Positions 12,711 through 24,509 of a stretch of DNA of 64,000 bases are shown here, in pieces. The notes under the pieces are model-generated. The model had not been told where the DNA came from, ran no database searches, and saw only the letters and a list, made by a program, of their open reading frames with translations. Position 1 is the first letter of the stretch. Each line of letters starts with the position of its first letter. The position numbers and the translations under genes are program-made. The DNA is from Phoronis australis. Lineage: Eukaryota; Animalia; Phoronida. The stretch covers positions 27,197 through 91,196 of the forward strand of contig NMRA01000505.1 in NCBI GenBank assembly GCA_002633005.1, read 5' to 3'.

Positions 12711-13119
12711 AAACGGACCCAAATAGGAACCCAACTAAGGTCCCCAAGTCTTTTTGCGTATTTGTGTCTTTATGGACTCACAGATACAATATTTTCTATG
12801 ATTTTATTTCTTATTGTGAGCTCCTCTTTGATTAATGACATTTTCTAATAATTGAACTAAAAACTGAGCCCAGAGTTCATTGAAAATAAATGGGGACTCA
12901 GTCCTTAAATTGGAGTGTTGCATGAAAAGATCCCTAAATATTTTCAATAATATTGACAATTCAACGTAGAATTCACTCTCGACTTGTAAGTCAAAAGTTG
13001 ACTTAGTAATGAAACTAAATCAATTCAAGAAAGGGCAATCGATGTTTTCACAAGTCTATGCAGTAGATTTAGGGAATTTAGTTGAGTCCCTATTTGGGAC
13101 CGTTTCATGCAACCGGGCA
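12697..13119. mobile_element. TIR MITE (about 40-bp TIR; Harbinger-like GGCC ends or TA-flanked)
   Basis: tggccggttacatgaaacggacccaaataggaacccaactaa vs the reverse complement of the right end, tgcccggttgcatgaaacggtcccaaatagggactcaactaa. TA on both flanks. Confidence 0.8.
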
Positions 13120-13259
13120 TAGGTACCCCCAGTAGGGTCAATATTTTATAACACAAAGGGTACAGTAGCTACCCAGGTGTCCTTCCAATAGTTTTGATGA
13201 GTAGATTTTTGAGAACAGAAAAAGGTCAGTTTTTCAAATTCAGTATCAGTCTAGACATT

Positions 13260-14110
13260 AACTTTTGATGAGAGGCAAAAAAACAGGAGAGTACACTTAT
13301 TGCTGTAGTCTACAATGGAATCTGAAGTGTCTCTGTTTATAGGAAGCCTTCACTCGTGGACCAATATTTGGTTTTTGACTCTAAGCCATCTGCTGGTGCA
13401 CAAATTGGGTGTTATTTGTGCATTATTTTATCATGGTGAATCAGTTTGCACCACTATTGAGATGGTCTGTGCTATGAGAGAACGTTTGGGCTATTTTCAG
13501 AACCTCGTACAATCGGCCTCGCATTATGAGAACATTTGACAGGGTTTGGTTATTGATAGAACCCCTCACCATTTTTCTCGGGATTAAATTAATGTTGCTG
13601 TCATGTGTATTAATTAATGGTATTAGAACATTTTGCATGCCTCTTGACACTCTTGACTAGTTTAATGCACACCTTGAAAACACCTCAGCGTGGTGATGTT
13701 ATTGGAGTGGTTGATCACGTTTGTAATAGTGATGGATTTGAAGACTGAACAGCCACTCAGAAACCCATTGTGTAGGAGCGCTCTGCAAATGCCAGTGGTT
13801 TAAAGAGTGCATATCACTGAAGTGCACGCGTCACTTGTTGAAGGCAGCAGATGTCAGAGTAGTGGACAGAGGGAGTTCTTGATTTGAGAGAGGTGTCAGC
13901 GAGTATGTCTGGGTTAAAGGTTAAACACAAGAATTTATCTCTGAATAGACACCAGTGTGTTCGGTTTAAGTTGTTTGACTCATGACCCAGGGCCTTGCAG
14001 TTGTTGTCTGAATACTGGCTAAGGGCAATGAAATGTTTGCGAGAACCAGTCAGTCATCCATCCCTAGCAGAAGAAGCCAATGTAGTCCACAGTATAGGGA
14101 CAATTCTTAT
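13260..14110 (+). mobile_element. Penelope-like retroelement remnant (RT C-terminus plus GIY-YIG)
   Basis: Frameshifted VYRKPSLVDQYLVFDS..HKLGVI (compare VYRKPTHTDQYLxFxSHHPxxHKxGVI) and ADVRVVDRGSS*FERGVSEYVWV..LSLNR. Confidence 0.7.
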
Positions 14111-14140
14111 AGAGAAAGGTCTGCAAGTTGCGATTTATGA

Positions 14141-15586
14141 TTTTTATGTGCCCACCTATTTATATTTGGATGCATTATGCTAACACTCACGTCAGTTTGG
14201 CGTCTGCTGCTCTAACTCCATAACCCTTCAACGCATGTTCATGAAATTGTGCACATGTGTTCCTTTCATGGATGGGACGGCATGAGTGAACTTTTGGACG
14301 GATTCGACTATGGGTGTGTCCCCTAGTGGCAATTTTAGTTTTTTACGTTTACCTCTTATCTTCAAAGGTCCTCAACGGATTTTCATAAAATTTGGCATAT
14401 AGGCATCTATTAGACAAGTGAAGTGACGCTATCCATCTGTTTTCGGATGGATACTAGGTATTTTGCACCACCTAGTGGCCATTTTCACTGTTTTTGAGTC
14501 AGTTTTTTGGCGTCCGCCCCTCTATCAACCATACCGCTCTAAGGATGATTGTGAAAATTTGCATGTATGCTTGACCATGAAGAGGACTCCCGGCAATGAT
14601 TTTCAGACGACTTCTGCTACTGTGGCGCTTCCTAGAGGCAGTTTTGTTTTGCGCCTATGGCTGTATCTCCTAAACCCTCTGCAGGATCTTAACTAAATTT
14701 AGAAAGTGTATTCATATGAAGTTGAGAATGGTTGACACCGACTTTCTGATGAATATGACTACCGGTGTGCCCCCTAGTGGCAATTTTAGTTATTTATGTT
14801 TACCTCTGTATCTTGAAAGGTCCTCAACGGATTTTCATAAAATCTGGAATATAGGCATCTGTTGGTGAAGTGACGGTATTCTTTTGTTTTTGGATGGATT
14901 TGAGGTATTTTGAGCCACCTAGAGGCCATTTTTGCTGTTTTCGAGTCAGTTGTTTGGCGTCTGTCCCTATGTCAACCAAACCACTCTAAGGATGATATTT
15001 GAAATTGACAAGTATGTTCCTAATGTGAAGGGGACGGCTGGCTATTATTTTCCGATGACTGTGGCGCCTCCTAGTGGCAGTTTTGTCCACCCCCTCTATC
15101 AACCAAACCATTCTAAGGATGATTTTGAAAATTGGGTATATGTTCTCAGTGTGAAGAGGATGGTTGATGATGACGACTTTGACTACTGTGGTGCCTTCTG
15201 GTGGCAGTTTTGTTTTTGTTTTGCGCCCATAGATGTATCTCCTAAATGCACTGCAGAATCGTTATTAAATTTAGTTAGTGTATTTATATGAAGTTAATAA
15301 CAGAAGACGATGACTTTTAGACGGATCCGACGAACGCTGTTCTCCCTAGGGGCAATTTCATTTTTTCCGTTTTCCTTCGTTTCTCTGAAGCTCCTTGAAA
15401 CATTTTTCTGAAATTTATGAAATAGCTTTCTATTAAAGTAACAATGGCATGTTTCGAACTTCGAAGGGATTCGATGCACTTTGCGCCATCTAGTGGCAAT
15501 TTTTATGATACAAATAAGCAACCCTAGAAGTACACCGTTTGTTGTGCATTCGTGGGTGCATTTCAACGCTCAGCGTTACTCTTATT
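14141..15586 (+). mobile_element. Helentron-type non-autonomous element (HINE/DINE-1/pearl-like) with internal tandem core repeats
   Basis: 5' end ttttatgtgcccac. Internal subunits of about 150 bp. 3' subterminal inverted repeat gtgggtgcat plus hairpin aacgctcagcgtt then actcttatt. T-rich flanks and no TSD. Confidence 0.75.
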
Positions 15587-16595
15587 ATGCATCTAGGTGT
15601 TTACCTTGGGTGAATGATAAAATCTATTGTCTAGCTGGAAAGCATTATATTGGGGGTAAAAATATTAATATTTGATACATTTAAATTTATACAAATGCAA
15701 CAAGAATTTCGGTGATTTATGCAAGATCGCCATTGTAATTTTAAAAATAGATAAATATAAAATTTTCAATATAAGTGTATGATGATACTTGCCTATTATT
15801 ACATGTTCAACTGATATGGATAACCAATAAGGTTTTTTGAATCAAGAATATGGTGTTAGGTGTGTCCGCGTAGTCAATGGAAGATTTGGCAACATCATTC
15901 CATTATGAAATTTAGAAAGTTTTTTCGTATATAAACCATATTGTTACTGGTATGAAGTGTTCCGAGTGTCAGATGGTGCCAATAAGCTGAAATTTGGAGC
16001 AAACATTTCTGACTGAATTTCCCAATTTTTTCCCCAGAACATGACCAAGCCAGACATAAAACAAACTGTTTCACCTTTATTTTGACTAAGCTAGACATAA
16101 GTCATAATGTTTCCCCTATAACTTGACAGAGCCAGGCATAACGCAGTGTTTCATCTTTTTCCATGTAGACGAAGGATGTATTGGTTTCAGTAAACGATTA
16201 TGAATCATTTCCGTGATTGAGAGAGTCTGAGTGGTTTCAATTAAAGTTTCAGACCAAACAGACATTGATGATTGAAAGGCTGTTGTTACAGCTCTCCTTT
16301 TTTGTGGTTAATCATTACCGATTGGGCCACTTGAAAATCAGTGTATTCACTGAAGTGGTCAACCAGTCTTTTAAAGAAGTTTAAATAAATAAATCACAAG
16401 CTGTGAAACAGTAATAAGTAACACCACAGGCATAGCTTCACATTCAAACTTGCACAATAAATTATTGAGAAAATGTAACTGTTTGTTAGCTTCCAAACTT
16501 AGTTGTTGTGTGACCTTCTAGGTATGAATATTTTTCTGTATATAGTGTCATTTTGTGGTACTCAAATTCAATTTAACTATCTTGCACACATGTAG

Positions 16596-16675
16596 CAAAG
16601 GTGCACCCAGGGGTCGTGGTGGCGGAGGTGGCGATCGGTTTTTGGGACGTTCAAGAGATGAAGATGAATTTAGAG
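16596..16675 (+). CDS. RBMX: RBMX-like exon (RG/G-rich)
   Basis: tgtag| KGAPRGRGGGGGDRFLGRSRDEDEFR G|gtacc. Starts in phase 2, ends in phase 1. Confidence 0.8.
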
Positions 16676-16918
16676 GTACCGATGTTGTCTGCTCTTAAGA
16701 TATTTTTGGTAGAATATTTTTCATGAAAACCCATTATTCTGGTTTTGTGTCAAATATCCGTAAATTATTGTTTGATAACTTTATTCACGAAATTGTTCCC
16801 ATTTCGTAGCTACCATTTGTAGATTTGCAGTTGAATCACAATACTTCAAATATAGTCTTTTAACTGAAATGCTGTGCACAACTTATTTAAGTGCGCTGAA
16901 ACTGTGCGTCTCTTGCAG

Positions 16919-16994
16919 ACTCTTTCCGCCCGTCAAGTCGACGTCCAGGGTATGATGGTGATGGTCATCCCTTTGGCAGACCCCGATCTCCAAG
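16919..16994 (+). CDS. RBMX: RBMX-like exon
   Basis: tcttgcag| (D)SFRPSSRRPGYDGDGHPFGRPRSP AG|gttggt. Phases fit both neighbours. Confidence 0.82.
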
Positions 16995-17219
16995 GTTGGT
17001 CATGTCTACATCTACTGCTTCTAGTGAATGTATGAAGAAATGGATTGTGATGTTGAATCTACTGATGAAGGGCTTTACACTTTCCATGTTTTTTAACCAA
17101 ATTCAGAGGTTATTCTTAACCCTCTTCTATGTTATGAAACTGCTGGCAAGGTGTATTAACTTGTGTTGCCCCATCTATTGTCACCAATGTTGTCTAGTGA
17201 AAAGTTTGTTATTTTCCAG

Positions 17220-17804
17220 GGATGCTTTTCCACCAGATAGACCGAGAAGACGAGAGTTTCCTTTGGAACCAAGAGATTATCTGGCAGAGCGAAGAGGTTT
17301 TCCTCCTGAGAGAAGGGATTTCCCTTCAGAGAGACGGGAACCTCCTCATGAAAGGAGGGACTTCCCTCCAGACAGAAGAGATTTACCTCCTGAAAGAAGA
17401 AGCTTTCCACCAGAACGCCGGGAAGTTCGACCTGAGATGAGAGAACGGGAAATAATTGGTTACGGTGAACGGAGAGGGTATCCTGCACCGAGAAGAGATG
17501 TCCTCCCTGCAGGTAGAGATGATCCATTTGACAGGAGAGATGTAGCTGTTGAGAGAAGGGAGATCCCTGAGCGACACAGTAGAGATTTTGCTCCTGAAAG
17601 ACGTCGCTCATTTTCAGATGATCGAGGGATGATGGCGCCATCCAGAGGTTTTTTACCAGACAGACGTGAGCGTGAGTCAGCACGTGATTATGTTGTTGAT
17701 AGAGATCCTGCACGTGATTATCTGTCACCTAGAGAACCTGCTGGACGAGATCACACTAGGGAGTTAACACCTCGAGGACTGCCCAGAGAGCAACCTATGT
17801 TAAG
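17220..17804 (+). CDS. RBMX: RBMX-like exon with R/E/D/P mixed-charge heptad repeats
   Basis: ttttccag| (R)DAFPPDRPRRREFPLE...REQPML AG|gtatta. 195 open codons. Confidence 0.88.
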
Positions 17805-17956
17805 GTATTACTTTTCCATGTAACATTGTCTACTGTCAGAAAGAGTTAACATCTAAGATTGTAGAATGTTTTTGAGTTTTGGTGTGCGTCGATATACACA
17901 TATTTTTATGGCATTGGCAAGGTAAGACATGAATCTTGAATGTTTGTCTATTTCAG

Positions 17957-18030
17957 GAGTTTTGGTAATGGCCATGAGGTATCTGCTAGGTCACCATTTG
18001 AGCGGGAATATGCTGTCCCTGAGCCTAGAG
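17957..18030 (+). CDS. RBMX: RBMX-like exon
   Basis: tttcag| (R)SFGNGHEVSARSPFEREYAVPEPR G|gtaaat. Confidence 0.82.
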
Positions 18031-18848
18031 GTAAATTAATTATTAGTGCATTTTAATTTGCCAAATGTTTCCTATCCAAAATTTCCCCATAGGTAACTGA
18101 ATATGCAAATTTTGAATTGGTGCATTTACTCTTTAATATAAGTGTATTGAAGACAGTGATGTCTGGGCAAGAGAAGAATTTACACTATGTTGTTGCTTGA
18201 TACTCAGCCACTGCCCAAGGTATGAGTAGTAGGGCTTCATACTGAGCAACTGGTACATATTGATTGTGAATATAGAAATGTGTAAAACACGGATACCTAA
18301 GAGCTCGTTTTCTTAATGACCCACACAATTTTGGGTTTATTAATCATGTTAAAGAACTTATGAACACCAATTTGAATTTCCTTAATAACCTTCAGCCTGT
18401 TTTGAGAACGGTGACATTTTCCTCGGTATATCGACGATATGTACTACGTGATCGTTAATGAAATTTAGTCTTGAAATTTGAGTTTGCCCAGTTCAGAGCA
18501 TGTACGTCTCAATTGAAGGAATAACCTAATAACGCAATGTAATAACACGATCAAGGCCAAAAACTAACCAAGCGTTTCTGAAATTATCAACGAGATTGCC
18601 ATTAAAACACCGTATCAGTCAGAAAGTATCGATAACGGAATGTACTCATCATTCTTTATGGTGAGCCAACCAAATCATCATATTTGATTTAGCCTGCCAG
18701 CTAAGTACATTTTGTCATCTTAACTGTTTTGACCTTGGTGTCATGTCTGCGACAGCGTCCGTGTCATCCAGTAATCTGACAGCTAATCACTGCGAAATGC
18801 TTACAATTGAGCACAGGAGTGAAAATTTCACGAAGCTTAAAACCATTA

Positions 18849-19882
18849 CCGTAAACTCGTGCGTTAACACCCATTCCCGGATAATGGATAATCCCACATC
18901 TGATTTTTGCCAGATTTCCACGTAAGGGCCCAGTAATCGCCTATCCCCTCTTTGTGCAAATTTCAGTTTCTTGGGTAATTGCTCATCCCAACTTACCGCT
19001 AACAGAACTTGAGCTTGAACTTGTGCTTTTGTTCTCAGATTTGCTTCGAGCTCGGACTTGTGTTTGCAGGAAACACGGGATGCTTTTGCCTATGTATGAT
19101 AGCCTCAAAAAGTGTGTTTTTAGCTGACATTTGTGGAATAATTTAAGCGCTACAACTACTTTTTCTTAAAATTATTAACTTCTCTTTTGTTAAATTTATA
19201 CTAGCCAACTCCGTAGATTTTAGAACTGCTGCTTTTCTACTACGAGATTAGTCATCCAGTAATGATCCTGATCAGACTGAAGTTATTTGCCTGTACAAGT
19301 TGCACGCACAGAGCACTTGATTTTGCTAGATTTATCTCCTGGATCCACCCAGATTTGAACTGCGCAATTAATCACGCCCCCTCTTTGTGCAAAAGCAAAG
19401 TTTGACTTGGACTGTGAACGAATCATCTGTGTTTTAGTCGAGGAAACAAAATGTAGTCACGCTCATTGATCTGCAACAGTACTTGCAGGTATGGTAAGTG
19501 GACTGCCATTCAAGTTTCATAAAGTTCCAGGTATTACATTTCGCAGCGCGCAAATATATTTGAAATCATCTGAGTTTTAGCAAGTCACACAAAATTATCC
19601 TTTGAAAGTTGAAATTCTGTTTCTGTTTGAGCCGTGAGAAACTTTGTGGTTGTCGGCTTCCGCTGATTGACCAAACCTACAAATTCTGGGGTCGAATGAA
19701 CATCCCCTGCATTTGCCCAGTTCGACCAAAATTGTGTCGTAAGCAGCAACTCCTCGGGTTATCGCCCTCGCATGACTTTTGCCAATTTTCGTTTTAAGTG
19801 CCTACTGCTTGGTAATTGCCCACCCCCTTGTCTTAGGGTTTCCCAATTTAAATGCCCAATGTGTTAACCCTCGAGTTTACGG
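18849..19882. mobile_element. TA-flanked CCGTA-type MITE (Tc1/mariner-pogo-like)
   Basis: ta|ccgtaaactcgtgcgttaacac ... gtgttaaccctcgagtttacgg|ta. Confidence 0.75.
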
Positions 19883-20328
19883 TAAGTAACATTTAATTGA
19901 GGTTGCTAAGGTGCGATATTCAGGAAACGAGCGTAGTTGAAAAGGACATCTGAACTGCAAGTGTCGTTAGTCTCCTGCGCTTTATTTCGCTGACTTTAAT
20001 GGATACCGTTAGAGACAGAGTGATGATTCCGTGCAGCCACATCTCGTTGGAGGCTTTAAACAAAACAGAATGTGCAGTTTGATCCTCGTTGATGTGCCGT
20101 AAGTTCACCATCCCTGTAGTCAGAAGCTTTCAACATTAAACAACCAGAAAAACTCTGGAATAAGGCACCTTAGATTGGGAAAACAACCACAGACTGCAAA
20201 CATTTGGCGAACTTGTTAGAGCATATTGCAAACAAGTGCTAATCAATGCAAAAAATGTAAAATTACTTCAGCATCAAAAAGCGATTGTTTGCTTAACCAT
20301 AAACTGTTTGAAATTTTGAATTGAATAG

Positions 20329-20618
20329 GACCAAGAGATCCTTATGGAGATCGTGAGCCAGCACCAAGGAGCATCCCACGTGGGGCGTACCCACCTACTC
20401 GTGGTGGGCCCCGCGATGACCCACTCGGTCCCCCTCCTGCACGCGAGTCAGGCAGGGGTGCTAGAGAGATGTATTCTCTTGATGATGCAGGGTTTGGGAG
20501 AGATCCCTATCCCCCGAGGCGGTCAGGCGGACCCTTCACTGATGATCCGCCTGCGAAAAGACCCAGAGGTCCTTCTCACCCCGCACGAGGTGGCGGTCTA
20601 TCTCGTTATGGCCGTTAG
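20329..20618 (+). CDS. RBMX: RBMX-like last coding exon
   Basis: aatag| (G)PRDPYGDREPAPRS...PPAKRPRGPSHPARGGGLSRYGR*. The C-terminus resembles the GGGRSRY end of RBMX, and PAKRPR is NLS-like. Confidence 0.85.
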
Positions 20619-22599
20619 TGTGAATTTGAAGATTTCGCAAATGAATTATTGGGAGCTTTTACTGAATGCTGTTACAAGGCAATCACTAATCAAGACGAGT
20701 AGATGAGAATGACTGATTTTAAAAAGTGTTAGTTCAGTTTAGACCATTTTAGTTTCAATATCGTATCTTTTTAGCGAGACAAATGTTTAATCATTATATG
20801 AAGGTATTAATGATGAATGCATGAGTTCGTGGATTTCAACAGTTGTATAAGATCACATTTTATATTAAACGTATTTCCTAATGGAGAGTTTTTCACACTG
20901 TTTAGTGCTAAAGCAGTTTAACTGCTGGAAACAATTCACATAACCAAAGCGGAGTAACGTTGTTTAGCTTTCGTAGTCTACAAAGTGCCGAAAGGTGTTC
21001 ATGGCGTATGAGGTAATTCGTGAAGAAGACATGGCGACTGTATACACACATCATACTCGCATATCCCTATATGTTTTGATATGACTGGACTGGTTAACGT
21101 AGGGAATATATGCCAGTTGATTTGAATTAACCAAGGTGGCTCATTCGTGTAGTGCTGTTACGATACCAACGTGTATTGGGCATGTTTTCGTGTCAGTTAC
21201 CGAGAATTAACTATTTCGTGTTTTCACAGAACTGCGGTTGTCTGGATATCGTAAGTTGAGGATCTGAAATGACACGTTAAAATGAGATGAGCTTGACAAC
21301 GTGTTTTGTACACTTATTGAGTAGTATTTTGTGGATCTGTACCCACACAGAGGCACAAACTATATGTCGAAATTGAATTGATGGTGTAAATACCAGTATC
21401 CTTTCAAATGTACAAGACTACTTACTTCCGAGCCGTGAATGTCACCCAGCTGTTGGGAGACTACCATTGTGAACTCGAAGACTGTTATAAAGTTAGCGTG
21501 CACACGTAGCAAGCACCATTGTTTGAAAACTGTTGTTTTGACTAGTGTTTTGCTTCTTCAATTAACTTGTTAGACGTGATCACATGGTGAACAATATGGA
21601 GATCAACAGAATGATTTACTTGATTCACATCTACTGGCGATGCATGGCATTTCAATTACATTGAAAAGCACTATTGCCATATGACTACTAGTTATATCAT
21701 ATTTCGTCCTTCATCGGCACATTTTTGTGTTAACCGGAGTTCCGTCTGTTCTTAGCACAAATTACTGTAACGTCCAGAATTAAGTTCTACACTGTCTGAA
21801 TCAGTGATTGGAGGGAGGTGAGTGACAACGAAGAGATTCATCAAAAGCTATAAAAAGGTCACCAAGAGGCACTATGTGTAATAAATCCGACTTATATAGG
21901 GCTTGCACTACTTTCTATGTGCTAGAAATTTGTTTGCCAATTTCATGAATATCCATCAACTTGATATGAATTTAAATGCAAAAAGAAAACAAAATCGCAT
22001 CTTATGGACTCGTAGTAGTACAATTTGTCTCCAATTAAATGTCGAGTGTACTCTCCTCAACAGAATCTCATATTGAGGCACAGGCGAAAAAACTAAATTG
22101 CTGCAGCTGGTTACGCACTTACTGTAAGAACTTGAATCCAATTTTTTTTGAGTGCTTTGGCCGATAGACAGCCAGATGGAAAAAAAATAAAATGGCACCA
22201 AAACTGCAGTTGCCAAATTTAACACACGTGTTGCAACATGTTTAGAGGGGTACAGCCATTGTAATCCTCAGTAGTCTGAATCAGTCAATCATCATTGTCA
22301 GTTGTGCGCTTCACAGAGGGAACAGAGATGCAAGTGTTTGTAGGTTGGTTTGTTCAGTTGGAGGATGAGGAGGACCCAAAAACGGACTCAAAAATTATTT
22401 CAAGGGTCCTAGTTGACATAGAGTAAGTCACATACATCTGAAAACGGTAAAGTAGTTATTTGCTCAATTTCACGAGAATTGGTGAAGGACAGTGGAAAAG
22501 ATTAAAAAGTTACACTTGGAGGCTCGGTGGTGGATGGCAGTCACTAAGGGACGCCACACTAATCGAAGCTGTCTGAAAATAATTGCCAGCTGTCCTCTT

Positions 22600-23030
22600 C
22601 ACAGTAGACACGTATGCCTTTGGATTTGACTGATAAAAAGCTGCAGAAACAGTGAAAATGACCACTATGTGGTACAGAATGCGCTGAATACATCACAAAA
22701 TGGAGACATGGTTTCTTCGCTTTGACAAATACCTATTTGCCAAATTTCAAGAAAATCCATCAAGGAACTCCGAAAATGCAGATGCAAACCTAAAAAACTA
22801 ACTGCTACTGGGGCACATACCAGTAGACGTATTCGTCCTAAAATTTGCTAGTGCCGTCTATCCATAATGGAATCGTACGTACAGAATTTCATCCATCTAC
22901 GGATTTTGCTAGTGCCGTCTCCATAATGGAATCGTACGTACAAAATTTCATCCATCTACGGATTTTGGAGATAGTGGATACCATGACGGATGAGGATGAT
23001 GTCATGATGTGCTCTTGTAGTATATGTGGG
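22600..23030 (-). mobile_element. Degraded HINE fragment on the minus strand (includes a 59-60 bp duplication at 22844-22966)
   Basis: The reverse complement resembles the HINE core: ctactggtatgtgccccagtagcagttagttttttagg...gttccttgatggattttcttgaaatttggc. Confidence 0.5.
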
Positions 23031-23751
23031 TGAAGAATGCTGCTGGGAAGCAATTTTGAACAAATCTGGAATCTTTTGTATTTTCACAGACATCAATTGT
23101 TCTCAATTTGAAATTGACTATATTAAATTGATGGCCATGCCCATGTATTGCATGGCAGCATAACAGAGAAGTGCGGTATGTCATTTACCACCAACCCCAG
23201 TCAATCAAAGAAGTTTTTGACATGAACAGGGGTGATGTATTGGGCTTTGATGAAGAGCACTTACTTGATCCATGTGGATAACGTGAGAATGAAGACAAAA
23301 CACTGAGTATGAGGAAACTGGGAGAGTGTCCTGGTCTTATCTTAACCTACACAGACAATTGGTTTGCTTCACAACGTGATCTGAGAAGGAATCGTCATCG
23401 TTACTGATCATGTCAAGAGTGCCCCATATTGAGTGGGGGATATCGCAGTACCCATAATTTGCCACCGAGTCGTTTATAGTTTAGAGCAATGAAGAGTGGA
23501 TAAAAGTACGTCATTTCTAGGCAGAGTGAAGCGCTTGAAAAAATTCTACACATCAAGTCAGAAACAAAAAATACTTCACTTGCATCTGAATGAATGAGTT
23601 TGTCCGTCTAAAAGTACATTCGAGAAGGTGGCCAGAACTAAGCTTTCAACCCGAATTTACCAGATCTAACCTCAGGGTCCCGAAAGTACAGGCATGGAAT
23701 GGGATAGTGCTGGTTTTATTTGTGACTTTGACAAACAATCTCCCTACTAAA

Positions 23752-23996
23752 CATGCGCGCACCCAGCCTAAAAATGGGGGCTCGAATTTTCGAGAGTGTG
23801 GACCTTTTACTAAACGGGCTACGTTCTATGAATTGTGCATTCGCCGAATTTAGATAGTTCCTTCCCCCTTTTTAATGTACCTATGTCTCATTCCCTACTG
23901 TTTTCAGAGTTTTTGTTTCTCTGAGACGGACCTTTTTGCCCACTTCGCCACAATAAAGGTGCTCGTTCGAGCCCCCCTCCCCCGAGTGCGCGCTTG
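23752..23996. mobile_element. 245-bp MITE with 5-bp TSD (hAT5-like)
   Basis: ctaaa|catgcgcgcac ... gtgcgcgcttg|ctaaa. A second copy is at 35347-35596. Confidence 0.82.
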
Positions 23997-24509
23997 CTAA
24001 AGGGTGCCCTTTTCGACAATTCCCAGGTAAGAGACCTTTCTTATTTTATTTAATGGATTCGTTTTCTAAGAAACTGTACATGAGGCTCTTTATTCAACAG
24101 CAAAAGTCTAACAAATTTTGATCGCTAGCAGAAGATACACTTGTTTTGCTGCCATTGCATCTCGAACTGTTTAGACCTTAATTGCATTAATAACACAACT
24201 GTCCAGCAGTCGCTACACAAGGTTTTGTTTATGGCTTTAATCCCTGCTAAAGGCTGGTTTTTGTCCCAATTAATGGAAGTTCTCTGCAAATGTCTCTTTT
24301 TACATCCTCTCTATTGGGGTGGGTATCTAATAAGCAGGAAGTGATCAGTGCATGTACCAGAATGTGTACCTATATTATTTTGAAACCAACAGATAGTCGT
24401 TTGGATTGCTGATGTTCCATACTGGGGTGATCCCGGATTACACATTGACACTTGAATCTCGTGGTATTTACCCACAATGCGGTAACATCTGTCAAGCCTT
24501 CACTAGTCT

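Noticed and set aside
15775-15850. Intronic C/D snoRNA (ATGATGA...CTGA), since vertebrate RBMX hosts SNORD61
   Set aside because: No terminal D box or stem at a suitable distance, and no recognisable rRNA guide.
17156-17728. 190-aa antisense ORF
   Set aside because: Shadow of the repetitive RBMX-like exon.
20864-21885. Poly(A) signals ATTAAA (20864) and AATAAA (21880)
   Set aside because: Plausible, but not distinguishable from chance hexamers in AT-rich DNA.
23190-23420. Possible transposase remnant (IHVDNVRMKTKH)
   Set aside because: Too short and interrupted to assign.
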